Assembly: GCA_043228905.1 (NCBI GenBank)
Contig: JBHGNT010000002.1
Coordinates: forward strand, 17,174,001 to 17,238,000
Origin: Azolla caroliniana
Taxonomy: Eukaryota > Plantae > Polypodiophyta
Direction: 5' to 3'
Length of the DNA: 64,000 nucleotides
Under the pieces are notes generated by a model. That model made no database searches. It was not told the DNA's origin and was given only the letters and a program-made list of their open reading frames with translations. The translations under genes and the position numbers were made by a program. Each line of letters opens with the position of its first letter. The stretch's first letter is position 1. Of this stretch, positions 35,681 to 48,526 are shown one piece after another.

Positions 35681-38600
35681 GTACTTCTATCAGTCCTTTT
35701 AACTTTTTGTTGCTATCTGGTTGAGACGGTTTGTCTAAGCTTTCGCACATTAACTTTCTCATGGTATCTGAGCGCGAGGGTTGAAAATCCTCTGCTGTCG
35801 ACAAAACACCCCAACTAGATGAAAACCTAACTTTCAGTAAAGAACAGACAGAGGAAGGAAATGGACAGAAGCATGGCAAGCTTGCTCCCGACAAAGAAGC
35901 TCGACAACAATAAGTATGTGTCTTGATCTTACAAGATGCACCAGTACCTGCTAGCTCACGGCTACTGGAGTTATGTCGAAGGAGCGAACGAGGTAGCGCC
36001 GGATTTGGCACAGATGGACTTCCCGGCTTGGGAACAAGGAGCGCGCAGAGTGTTGTACTGCTTTGCGACCTATGTGCACGACCAGGTGTTGGGCTACATT
36101 AGAGACGCGAAAAAACCGAAGGAAGCCTGGGAAAATCTCAGAAAGATTTTTGCCACAAGTACCACATCATGGAAGTTGCAGCGTCGGCAAGAGCTCAATA
36201 GTGTCCGACAAAGGGACATGTCAATTACCGACAACCCCGCTAAAATAAAGGAGATTTGCGACGCGGGGGGTCCATCAACGTGATCGTGGATGAAGAGGAA
36301 ATGGTCCAGATCTTCCTTTGGTGGTTTAGCACAAAGGTACGGGCTACTGAATGGAGATTTGCAGTCGGGAGAAGCCATTGTACTTCTTCGACCTACAATC
36401 GATGCTGATGGTTGAAGAAAACCACGCGAGTGGGTTGAGGAACACTGAATTGGACAACTGGATGTTGTACACGTAGGCGGATCGGCCCCATGGGCGTGGA
36501 GGACAAGGTGGGTCAACACGCAACAACGGCGACTGACAAGAGTAGAATCGGAGGCACAGAGATAGTGCCGACAGTAGTTCCGGACCCTCCACAAGTAGGG
36601 GGAGTCAAGGTGGCGCAGGAAACCAACAATTGAAAACCGATACAGAATGCTAGTATTCTCGCAAGAAAGGCCACTGGGACAATGAGTGTTGGAAGAAGCG
36701 CGCCGATCCGAATAAATCCGGATCTGACAAGGCTAGACAAGGGAGCCGGCAAAGCTTGCACTACGCAAAAGGATCGCAAGGATGCGGAACCGGAAAAGGG
36801 CCAACCTTGGTGATGAAGCACAAGGCGAACTCGATGAGGAAGACCATCTCAAAGTCGGAAGAAGTGTGATATGTTGACTCCAGGGTGGCAGACCATATGA
36901 TGACCCATAAAGAGTGGTTCTCGTATATACAGAAACCAAAGCAACCGGGAGTGGTCAAAACTGGAGATGACACTCTACACCTGATCGAACATGTCGGTGA
37001 AGTTCCCTTAAGCCATGTCTGACAAAAGGGAAAACTCATGAACGTGCTACAAGTCCCGATAATCACGAAGAATCTAGTGTTAGTCGTGTGGATCATCGAT
37101 TAGGGCATGCAAGTTCGATTCAACTTGGGTGCTTCATCGAGGAAGGGTGCTGGGACGGAAGGATGTTCATCCTCGATACTAATAATGTTGGCACCACTCT
37201 ATTTGCAAAGAGATAAAAGGTCGAGTCAGATATCGACTTATGGCACAAGTGGATCGACCACGTCAATTATCACAAGCTTCAGGATTTGCAATTCGAACAA
37301 GTTGTATTCGGATTGTCGAAATTTAGTGGCTGGAAGGCCCAAATATGTGAACCTGCCATCTAGGGAAGTAACACCGACTTCCATTCCCCAACGAGCAAAA
37401 CATGAGCTGGAACAAGCTCGACTTTATACATTCACATGTATGGGGAGTCAGGACCGACATGAAATGTTAGTCTTGCTGGGAGTCAATATCATGTCTCCTT
37501 CATCGAAGACTACAGTCGGCACACATGGATCTACCTGATCGAAAAGAAAATCGATGTTTTTGTCTATTTCCAGAACTTATAGAATTTAGTTGCATAGGAA
37601 ACAAAAAGGAAGATCAAGTGCCTATGGTCAGATGGCGGAAAAGAATATTTTTTCGGCCAATTCAACAGTTATCTATAGGAGAAGGGAATTAGTAGAGAAT
37701 TCAGTTGTAGATATACACTAGAGCAAAACGACATAGTCGAGAGAAAGAATCGGTCGATTGTGGAAGCATTGTGAGCAATGGTAGAAGTGAAAAGCATGCC
37801 CAAGTTCTTTTGGGCCGAAGCAATTCGGACTGCGATGTACATCCAAAACTAGATCGGGAAGAAGGTGTCGAAACACGAGCTGTATTTCGGGCGGACGCCG
37901 AATTTATGGCACCGAGGATATTTGGTAGCATTGCGTATGTGCATGTGCCTGACGAGAAGGGGAGGAAATTGGACCCGAAGTCGGAGAATTGCATATTGGT
38001 TGGCTACTCTGATGAGTAGAAGGGGTACAAAGGAAGCCTGAGTGAGCTAAGATGTCCATTTTGATGAGTCGGCATCATGGTACTCCTTACCGACTTCGAC
38101 TTCGACGCCCGACAAGTCCAACCACCCGATCACAGAGGATGAGGCCAATGAGCCCGAAATGATCCGAGCCGAAGAAGAAGAAGATTTCAGCACTCTAGAG
38201 GAGAGTCTGATCTCATTCTGGCTGAGTGGGTCGAATGAAAGACTGAGTCAGAATGAAAGACTGAGTCAGAATGATCAATCAAATGATGAGTTGGCGAGTA
38301 GTGGAGACTTAGCCATGCTATCCCCGCACAAGGAACCTAGGAGACGGTTCACGCGCAAAGAGAAAGGGAAGAAGAAGATGCTGGAATAAGACAATGGTAG
38401 AGATGAGTAGGATCGGGGCGAATGCGACTTTGGAAAGAATGAAGACGGACCTTCAAAGATGAAGTCTGAGTCGGCTAAGAGGGCCCTTACATCGGCTAAT
38501 GAGAAGTTACGACAATCAACCCGCTCGAAGAACCCCATGAAGCGGTATGGATATAATGAGTACATGGCCCATCACTATGCATACATGACGAAAGTGGCTG

Positions 38601-39023
38601 AAGTGCGTGAGCCGGAGAGCTACGTAGAAGCGACGAAAGAAGTGAACTAGCATACTGCAATGCAGGAAGAAATGTGAGCACTTGATGCCAATGACACATG
38701 GGATCTGGTTGACCTTCCCCAACATTGCAAACTGATCGGTTGCAAGTGGGTATTCAAGGTGAAGTACAACACCGACGGTTGGGTCAACCAGTACAAGGCG
38801 CGACTAATGACAAAAAGATACGCATAGACCCACGGAATCGAATACGACAAGACCTTTGCTCCGGTAGCAAAGATGACGATGGTTCGTGTGGTGCTAGCAG
38901 TTGTTGTGGCAAGGGGGTGACATCTTCACCAAATGGAGGTGAAGAATGTGTTTCTTCAAGGGGATCTTTACGAACAAGTCTATATGATCTAGGCCCCCGG
39001 TTTTTAGTCGGAGATGAACATGT

Positions 39024-39744
39024 TGTTGTAGTGTATTTCGTACATTACGTGAAAAACATATAAAATAACTGATTAAATAAATATGAAGAAAAATAAGTAA
39101 ATATTAAAATATATGTTACATGCATAAGGCAAGATTCAAACCTTTTACCTCCATGTTAATAATTTGAAGCCTTATCATTACACTAACACATCATGAGTGA
39201 TAGAAAAGTAGATATCCCACATAGAAAGGTTACTTCATTCATATTTTCTAGGAAAAAGGTTTAGTTAGAAGAAAAACGCATGATAGGAAAAAGCTATGCT
39301 TGAACACTATAGTCGATAAAAAAAGCATAATCACTTTTATACAAAACATGTTAGACAAAGCATATAGTCTATAGATGGAGAAAGCATGGCGTCCATAGTT
39401 AGAGAAAAAGCATAGATTGCTAAGACCCTCTCATCACTATATAAGGATGGGGGCACAATGTAGTGGGAGAAGGAGTGAAAATTATGGATGAAAAATCATT
39501 AGGGTTCAAAAATAATGATTAATAAAATAAACTATGCTTGTGGGATTCACAAGTTTTCTTTATCTTTCTCTTCCAATCTATTCCAATAAAACTAAAAAAC
39601 TATACTTGTGGGATTTGATTTTCTATCCCTCTTTCTTACAATTGACACATATTCTCATTAGCCTTAAAACTCTCCTCTTCCTAGTCCATAACCTTAGTGG
39701 TTTTCACCTAACTCGCGCAACGATCCGGTGCCAAAAGGCCGACA
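39024..39744 (+). mobile_element. Gypsy solo LTR (same family as 48527-49176)
   Basis: TGTTGTAGTGTA...GGCCGACA termini align with the 48527 LTR. The Copia RT reading continues across it. Confidence 0.85.
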
Positions 39745-40137
39745 AAGTCACTAGTGTGTTGACTGAAGAAGTCACTCTATGACTTGAAGCCAACAACCCG
39801 AGCTTGGAATTTGAAGAGAACGCACTGGTTGCGTAAGATGGGATTTGTGGCCTCAAAGTCTAACTCTTCGCGGAAATGATCCCATCTTAGGAGGTAGGCG
39901 GGTGTATGACTTTTGTTTCTTGACTTGGAGAAGCTTTGTAAGAAAATGCTTTTGGACACTTTCAAACTCTTTTCAAGAGAACTTAGGGATGTGACCACCC
40001 TTTACTTTCACCCAATAGAGATGCACCCAGTGTCATGATGTGGGGAGAGAAAAAGAGAAAACAAGTTAAACGAGAAATACAAAGGTTAAAGGATACGACA
40101 AAGGCATGACAAGAAAGAGATGTCATGAGTTTAGCTT

Positions 40138-40195
40138 TAGCTCAATTGGTAAGGACTTGACTTATGAGGGAGAGGTTAAGGGTTTGAGTCATGTT
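40138..40195 (+). other. tRNA-derived/SINE-like head with Pol III A and B boxes
   Basis: TAGCTCAATTGG...GGTTTGAGTC; no complete cloverleaf evident. Confidence 0.5.
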
Positions 40196-40346
40196 TGGAG
40201 GAAAGAATGAAATGATGGACATCATCATGATTGGCTTTTTTCCTTAGCATCAGAGGCTAGAGAAAAACGATACATGCATGTAGAAAAATAAAGTGAGGTG
40301 CATGCTATAAATAAAAATGCATCCATCATTTTTATTCACAAGAGAG

Positions 40347-43300
40347 TGTTGTTGGGGTGGGGGGTGAAACCTAGAATGGCTTCACCCCCCTCCCAAGGGG
40401 GTTAAGTTAGAGAGAGATCAAGAGAGAAAGACAAATACAAAATGACACAAAATGAGAGGGGGAAAATGTATATTCGATTACATGCCCCATTAGGGGTTTA
40501 TATAGGACATAGTGTAACGGTTAATAATATGACCGTTACAAAAAGAAGACCGTTACATTCTTGTCACATGCACATAATTGTGCATGTGCTCACACATACT
40601 CATCTTCACACACTCATTTACTTTACACATACACATCAACCACATCATTACACCTACCCTTATGCCTCCCCGTATATTCTTACGGGTAACACATGGCATG
40701 CCTGTGGGACAGTGCATTGCACGGTGAACCCACTTACCATGGTAACTCTTCTCGACCAAAACTCCATCGGTCGTCTCAATGGTCGGAAATCCCTCGATCG
40801 GATCATTACTCTACGATCGATAACTTTGATTGGAGCTTCGCTTGACTTGAACCTTCTCGTTCGGTCAACATATCTCTCGATTGGACCACACACCAATCGG
40901 CTCGTCCATTGTGGCATGGGTCATGAAATCATGTTGTGTATATGCGGTTTCTTCATGTGAGTTGAGTATTTTGTATCCCTTGGTCTTCAAAATTTTCATT
41001 TTTGCCCTCAAGTTTTTTAAAATTTTATTTATTGCCTTCTGAATTTTGAAAATTCCTCTCATGGCCTCACACTTTTGGAATTTCGTCGTCTACGCTCTGG
41101 TTTTTGAAATTCATCTGTATACCCTTGTCATTTTTTAAATTTACTCTCATGCCATTCTTTATATTTCTTCTCTCCTGTTTTCTTCTTCGTCGTCAATTTC
41201 TTCTTGGTCTTCTCTTTTCTCTGTTTGTCTGTCTTCTTCTTCTCTTGTTGCTTGCATCCTTCTGTCTTCTTCCATGTACCTTCTCCTTTTCTTACTTAAT
41301 TCTTCTTGGCTCTTCTTCTTCCATCTGCGGTTTCTAGCCCGTTTCCATCTGTGGTTGTCCCTCTGTCTGTGAGTCGGCTCTGTTTCCCTACCGCCGACTG
41401 TGCAACTGACTGGATAGCTCTATCTGTGGCCATTTGTCTGGTCTATAGGTCATCTTTGTCTGACGGTCGTGTCTATCCGACGGGGTCGCTTGGTCGTTCC
41501 TGGACTGTCTCGTGCCAATCATTCGGCCGTGTCTTGGCCCACGATCAGTTTCTCGGATGTCTTGGTTGTGTGTCTCAACTCCGCGTCTTGGCCGTACTCT
41601 TGGCCACACATCTCGGCTGTATTCTGGGTTGTGCGTCTCGGCCACACATCTCAGTCGTACTCTGGACTGCACGTCTCGACTGTGCTCTCGGCCATGCGTC
41701 TTGTTGCACGTCTTCGCCATGCCGGTTCAGCCAATATTTTTTGGCTACTTCTGTTCAGACCATTGTCCCTATCTTTTCAGCCCTCTACAGGACGTCGACC
41801 ATCTCATTGCCGGTTCGGCTGTGGCTATGCGGCAACTAGCTATGTTCGGGGTTGTCTTAGTCCAGCTACTAGATTGCCTTTGTCTAGCCAATTGGCGTCG
41901 TCTATCTGATTGTTGCACCTTTGTTTGATCGTATGGCCGCCTATGTCATCGTCGAGACATGTCTTCTTCAAGCTCTAATTTTGATAGTGAGGATGATGAA
42001 CCCAATCAGTGGTGATGATTCTTACACGGTGATTGATCCTTCTGTGCATCTAGGCAAGGAGAACACGCATCATATACCAAGTGATCCAAGCCTCCATAGT
42101 GATTCACAGTCTCCTCAATAAATTGTTTGTGATCCTGTTCTTTGTTTACATTGGCGCAATAACATGTACATTCGCGTATCTTAACTTCATGAGAGAAACT
42201 AGCACTAGGATAACACCTCTATTGGCATGCCAAGTCTTGGCCAAGGCTGGAGGAGGAACCAATGATGGGGACAATCTTCCCCCATAGGTTCTCCTCCAAA
42301 ACAGATCTAGTGAAGCGGAGGAAGAGACTGTGGAAGGTTAGGGCAGGCCACAATAGGAGTGGCACACATAATGATGGGAGGTACAATGATCCCCAACAAT
42401 GCTTGATATAGATCCATCACCATATTCAATTGCTCTTTTGGATTGATGCAAGAATGAGGCATTATGTTGTGGGGAAAACTAAAGAAACTTCTTAGATGGA
42501 ACGACCACCATTTCTTTGGTGGGACCAACACACACACACAACATAGCCGCAAACACAAAGATGAAGAGAGTTGAAGATATAGAGATGAACTCTGGGTGGC
42601 TAGGGTTTTAGGCAAAGAGAGTGAGGAAAGGGGAAAGGGGTTGAAAGCAAGATCAAGTTGCAGAAAGCGACGAGACCAGAGGCGACAACGGTCCTTGTCC
42701 TAAACATAACGGTGTCATATTCTCCCAGATCACGTGCATCTCAAGGATCCACGGATCCTTCTTCGACTACTTCTTCTTCTTCTGCATCTTCTTCTTTGCA
42801 GAAACCCTAGCTATCGTCTTTCTCTACACGGAGGTAGAAGCCTGCAAATGCAGAGAGCCATGGTGCAATAGAAGTAACACTGATTTTTCCTGCACCGAAG
42901 CATGGTAGTGATGAAGAAGACGTGAAAACTTTCAGGAAGGATGGTTGTGTAAATGACGAACTCTAGATTTCGGCTTGTTAAAGATGGCCAATTCTTAGAG
43001 GAAGCTTTGCCATTGTTATTGAGAAAGACTCTTCTCCATCACAGTGTAGAAGGCAGCACTGAGATCTCCATAGCAAGCTCGCTATCACACAAAAATTCCA
43101 CACACAAAAACACATTCTCTAACACAAAACCACACTCTCTAACAAAGAGACACACACAAGAGTGAGGGATCAACGATGGAGATGGGGATCAAGACTTCCT
43201 CCCAAGGGAGGGAGCTTTCAAGTTTAATGGCCATGGAAGACGTCGCTTAGATTTAGGTTTCCTTCACAATAGCAGACACCCACACAAAGAGATGCAATAG

Positions 43301-43701
43301 AGAGGGAGGGATAAACTTCTTCTCAAGGGAGGGTCATCCGTTTGGGCGTGCCAAAAGTGTTGTTGGGGTGGGGGGTGAAACCTAGAATGGCTTCTACCCC
43401 CTCCCAAGGGGGTTAAGTTAGAGAAAGAGCAAGAGAGAAAGACAAATACAAAATGACACAAAATGAGAGGGGAAAAATGTATATTCCATTACATGCCCCA
43501 TTAGGGGTTTAAATACTACATAGTGTAACGGTTAATAATATGACCGTTACAAAAAGAAGATCGTTACATTCTTGTCGCATGCACATAATTGTGCATGTGC
43601 TCACACATACTCATCTTCACACACTCATTTACTTTAAACATACACATCAACCACATCATTATACCTACCCTTATGCCTCCCCGTATATTCTTAGGGTAAC
43701 A
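40347..43701 (+). mobile_element. non-autonomous LTR element (LARD/TRIM-like); LTRs 40347-40691 and 43358-43701
   Basis: ~345-bp highly similar direct repeats TG...CA, TSD GAGAG/TAGAG, tRNA-Arg-like PBS TGGCATGCCTGTGGGA at ~40694. No gag/pol motifs seen inside. Confidence 0.85.
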
Positions 43702-46679
43702 TAGAGCTTCCTCAAACCTGATAAAAAGGGCAAGAGGGCTCATTCTTAAAGGACTTTTGGGGGTAGGGGGGCCTAGCTGGGGGACTTCTTCGATTCACCA
43801 TGTTGTAGGATCTTCTTTCTGTTTAAGGTATAAATTTTGGATTTTTCCACTTCGTCTTCTTCTACTTTAGAGGGTTTTGGTCTTTTTATCCACCATGGGG
43901 ACTTCTCGCATTCACGACTTCGAGAAAGGGAGGTCGCTAGCTTGAGGAGGAGCTGTTCATTTCGATATATTGGAGGATCTTCTTTGCGTTGCGCACAATT
44001 ACATAAAGGGGAACTCACACAAGGAGATCTACAAGAAGATCCAAAGAATCTTCTCACATGACATCACGTTCTCCACGGTTCATGTCTGCTCAAGTAACAC
44101 ATGCACACACATTTATGTGACATATTTTGTGAACCCAATGTGAAACAAGTAGGAAGGGAGGATAGACAATGAACCAAGTGAAGATTTGGCCCAAGTGATT
44201 ACCATAATAATGGAGTATATGCTTCATGAGAGAGATAATACAATGGGCCTTGAAAAGATTGTGGATATAAATTGGCTGTTTGATGAGAAAAATGTGCCCT
44301 GATACATGGAGGTTAATAAAGCTGAGATTTGAATGAGAGATATACCCATGGTTAGGGAACTATCAAACTTTTCTTGGGTCATAACATTGAACCTCCACCT
44401 CGGAATCTTGGAGATACAAGTAGCAAGCCCAGATTGAGAAACTTACGAATAGAATGTACTCGAGGATTATGGCCTCGATGATTCATCCCAAATAACAAAG
44501 AAAGATCTAATGGATTATGTTTAATCTTCCAATAAAATATGGAGTCCTACACTTCAAGATTTTGAATGAAGATTCAGTTGGCTACCGGCACTTGACAGAA
44601 CTATACAAGACTCTAGCAATGTGCACTTATTCTTAAAAGTGGGAGGATTTGAAAGACTAGACGGACCTCGGGCTTCTTTTAGAAAATGTTCAGGTGGTGA
44701 GGTTGTGGTAAAGAGAGCATGTGGGTGCTTTGACAATCAATGTCAATGGGACAATGAGCTAACTTTATATACAATAACTCCAACTGAAGAGAGAGTTAGA
44801 GAAAAACGGAACAAACCACAAGCGGTAATAAGGCCAAGAAATGAGGTGATAAAAGGACCAGTGGTTGGAACAACCATTGAAGAACTCACCAACATGGGTT
44901 GCGATTTGAAGATTGCCCAAGATAGAAGAGATGAGGTATAGAATTTCTCGGATTGTCGACTCGAGTTGGCTTGAAGATGTATTTGGTGCAATTCCTTGGA
45001 CCATAAACAAAGAGATTTTGTGGACTTCAAAAGTGCTCTTCGGTTACACGACATCATATACTTTGATAAAATCCAGAGTCATTCGTTAGAAACACAACGA
45101 CCTCTAGGCACCAATTTCGGTCATGGAGGAATGAAGAAGTGGATGGAGGATTTAGAGGGAAGAATGTACGTCGAACCAATTATTCCACGTTAGCCGGAGT
45201 TAGAGTTGGACATGATATGAGAGGCCAATGAGACAAGAACGACAGTGGTAGCCAATGACAACAATGGTGACAATACGGATGGCTATAAAGGGCGGTAGAC
45301 AACAACAATGAGACCGTAGATGGTGGCAAACAATGGAGTCAAATGATAGACTCAAAACTAGAAGTCAATCCAAGGATAGAGTTGAAGGTAGCCTTTGACT
45401 CGAATGCTACATTTGACTTCAAGAAAGTCTTGATTGAAGGCTAGAGTCGGATGTAGCCTTTGACTCAAAGCCTCCCTGTGATTCGAGGTTGGCCTTAATC
45501 AAAGGTGAGACTCAAAGGTAACTTTGGGTGGAAGTCTCAATTTTTTACAAATTTCAAAATTGACCCCATCAAAGGTAATTTTCTTAGAAATTTCAATTTT
45601 TGCCTCGTCGAATGTTATCCAGTGGACAAGACTCCAGCTTCAATTGGCATGGTAGGTTCGACTCCCACTATATAAAAGTTCACTCATGTGTTTGCAAAAA
45701 TTTTGAGAAAATCCTTATGGCGAATTCTTTCTATCAATGTCATGGGTTTTCACTTCTTCGTTTCACCAATTTTGCTCCAAAATCGCATAACCTCACGTCT
45801 TGTACTCAAAATCCCAAGCCAAAAATTCTGTTATAATCCTTGATTGATTACAAATAATATAGATACTAGATTTATTTACATATTTATATATACATATAAA
45901 AAAGGCATAACATATCAAAGATAAGTTCAGTTTATATACAAAGGATTTAATCTCTTGAGGATATCATCGAGTTCGGGTTCAGTGGATCAGCAAGATGACT
46001 TCATCGCCTCTTCTAGTCGGTGGCCTTGAATGCTATTTTGATTTCCAATCTTGAGCTCTTGTTGAAGTTTGGTAGCACTTCAGCCTCGTACAAAATTTGG
46101 TCCCTTGATAATAAGGTTTCCTCTACCTTTTGTTGGCCTCTTGAGCTACTCATGCCAATTAAAATTGAGTTTCTTCTTTTGGCATGCACCTTGCCTTTTC
46201 ACTTCTACATGTACCTTAACTTATCGTCATTGTGTGTTTGGTGTTAGCAAAATGTTGATCACTTTGTCAATCCATTCACATTACTCTCATTTGTCATGCC
46301 ACTCTCATTTGTCATATTGGCATTCACTTCAATTCTCACCATGTCCATCCATTCTTGTTCCCCTCGTTTGTCCTATTTACGTCCACTGATCTCTCATTGT
46401 TCTAACAAAACTCGAACCTTGACATTCCAATCCTAGGGTAAGATCTTGCTAATTGTGCTATGTATTTTTGGAATTTTTCACTTCTTGTTTCTTGTCCTTC
46501 TTGTATACTTGTCCAACCCTTTAATCTTCCATATAACTTATGCCTACTTCATTTCCTCATGTGAGCTCCCCACATCACGATAAATGCAACTTCTTTTAAT
46601 TAAGGAAGGTTCATGGAAAAAGTATATTTATTATCCCTATTTTCATTAAATGACTATTAGACGCGCTTATCACTTACTT

Positions 46680-47450
46680 CATGCTAATGGTCTAATTGAT
46701 CTTTTACATGAGGCCCTTTATGAAGATTGACTTTCGAATAAGCTATCAACAAATCGACCTAATTCTCCAACCACATTTTGATAACTGATGTATGATAATT
46801 TCCGAGATCAAATTGGTGTTTTTCTTATCATTTTCTTGGATGAAATTCTAATTTATAGTCAAACCTTATAAGACCATGTTCCTTATGTTTCATTTGTTTT
46901 GCACAAGCTACATGACAACACATTCTCTGTAAAACATTTCGAATGTGATTTATTCTAGACATTTATTATGTGCCCAGGTCATTAAATTATAGAAAAGGAC
47001 CCTCAAGCTGAAACTTCTTGCATTGTGAAAGTTAAACTTTGGACAATTCCACATAGTATTTTTAAACTTCAATCATTTCTAAGATTTGTTGTATATTTAC
47101 ATAAATCAATCCATAATTATTCGAACTGACTATGCCATTTCCCAACCTTTTGAAGGTCATGCACATAAGTTTGACAAACTAATTTCCTATAATGAGAAGC
47201 TAGACACATCATCTAACATGTTATTACCAGACCCTTCCAAGCCATTTGAAATCAAAATCGATGCTAGCAACTATTCTATTGGTCTCATTCTTTATCAAGG
47301 TGGTTATCCTATTGCTTTTGGAAATAAAAGGTTTGATCCTTCTCAATCTCGGTATTTGGTTCGAGAGAAAGAGATCTACACAATTATACATGCACTTAAA
47401 AGAGCATCTATATGGAGATCAATTTGTGGTTATCCTATTACTCTTGAGTA
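46680..47450 (+). pseudogene. ancient Gypsy RT/RNase H fragment
   Basis: FLDEILIYS-like RT motif at ~46835; LPDPSKPFEIKIDASNYSIGLILYQ...EKEIYTIIHALK. Confidence 0.75.
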
Positions 47451-47816
47451 GGGCCTACATTTGACGGGTCAGTATTAAATTTAGTATGACATGGAAAATA
47501 GAATTTTAGTATGTCATTTGACATGCATAATTTGTAGGGGCCTTTCACATGAAAAATGGAAATTTAAACTTTATATGTCACTTGACGGGCATTTTTATTA
47601 TGTGCATGTTTTTTACGGTCAAAATGACCTTTGACAAGCATGACACCCGTCAAATTTTTGTCTTCCTCATGAGAATAAAAGGCATGTCCCTACTCAATCT
47701 TGGTATTCAGTTCAAGAGAAAGAGCTCTATATAGTTATACATGCCCTTAAACGAGCATCTAGATGGAGACCAATTTGTGGTGACAATAAGACATCAATAC
47801 TTTAATTAGTACTTCT

Positions 47817-48175
47817 TGTTGAGAATCAATCTCAACCTAGTCTAGTGTGAACACATCTTTTGAGAATGTATGAACATTCAAAGGTCAAAAGTCACCACTA
47901 CGAGCTTCTACACATTAACTACGTGTCATAGAATCATTTACTATGACACATAAGTAATGAGTTTCCACATTTCCCATGACCCATGAGCTTCTAAAGCTCT
48001 AGAGAGAGAGTGGTGTTTAACGAAGAGAGAGGGTGACCTTATAGTTGGTTATTCACCCTTGTAATGCTACATTTGTACTTGATATTCTCCTTGTTAATAT
48101 ACATATTCTTGAGTACTTCATTTCTTTTATCTATCTTATGTTTCTCTCCTCTCCTCTCCTCTTTTCACACACACA
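47817..48175 (+). mobile_element. truncated Copia LTR (family of 11742-12186)
   Basis: TGTTGAGAATCAA...GGTCAAAAGTCACCACTAC...CTACACATTAACTA is shared with the reverse complement of 11800-12186. Confidence 0.8.
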
Positions 48176-48526
48176 ATGGGGTGTTTGAGAGAGATGGAAA
48201 AGAAAAAAGAAATCTAAATTAACATAATGAATACTCAAATGGGGTGCGCTCTCTCTGTTGCTGATCGAATGGAGGAAGAACAATGACAAGTCTGTAGTCA
48301 AGCGGAGCGGTTGCTAGCCACAACCAAGGAATTAGGGAAGGCCCGGGCACAGATCCGGAGCTTGGAAGAAGAATTAAAAGGGCTAAAGAATGCGGAGCCA
48401 ACATGTCTAACAAGGGCCAAACTACAAGCGCAGTAATGGAGCCGGTGCCACAGGCTACTCTACATATGGAAGCTCCGGAAACGGAGTCACAACCGGTGGT
48501 GAGTACAACCCCAGAAAAAGACGCGG

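Larger units (their letters stand above)
30198..39910 (+). mobile_element. decayed Copia (outer); 5' LTR 30198-35761 split by a nested Copia, RT interrupted by a solo LTR, 3' truncated
   Basis: TGTTGAG start. PBS TGGTATCTGAGC at 35762. gag MHQYLLAHGYWSY, IN and RT remnants (CKWVFKVK; LKKSLY resumes after 39744). Confidence 0.8.

Noticed and set aside
40138-40195. Functional tRNA gene (also 39121-39190, 48625-48695, 55366-55430)
   Set aside because: Only A/B boxes are evident, with no convincing acceptor or anticodon stems; reported as tRNA-like instead.
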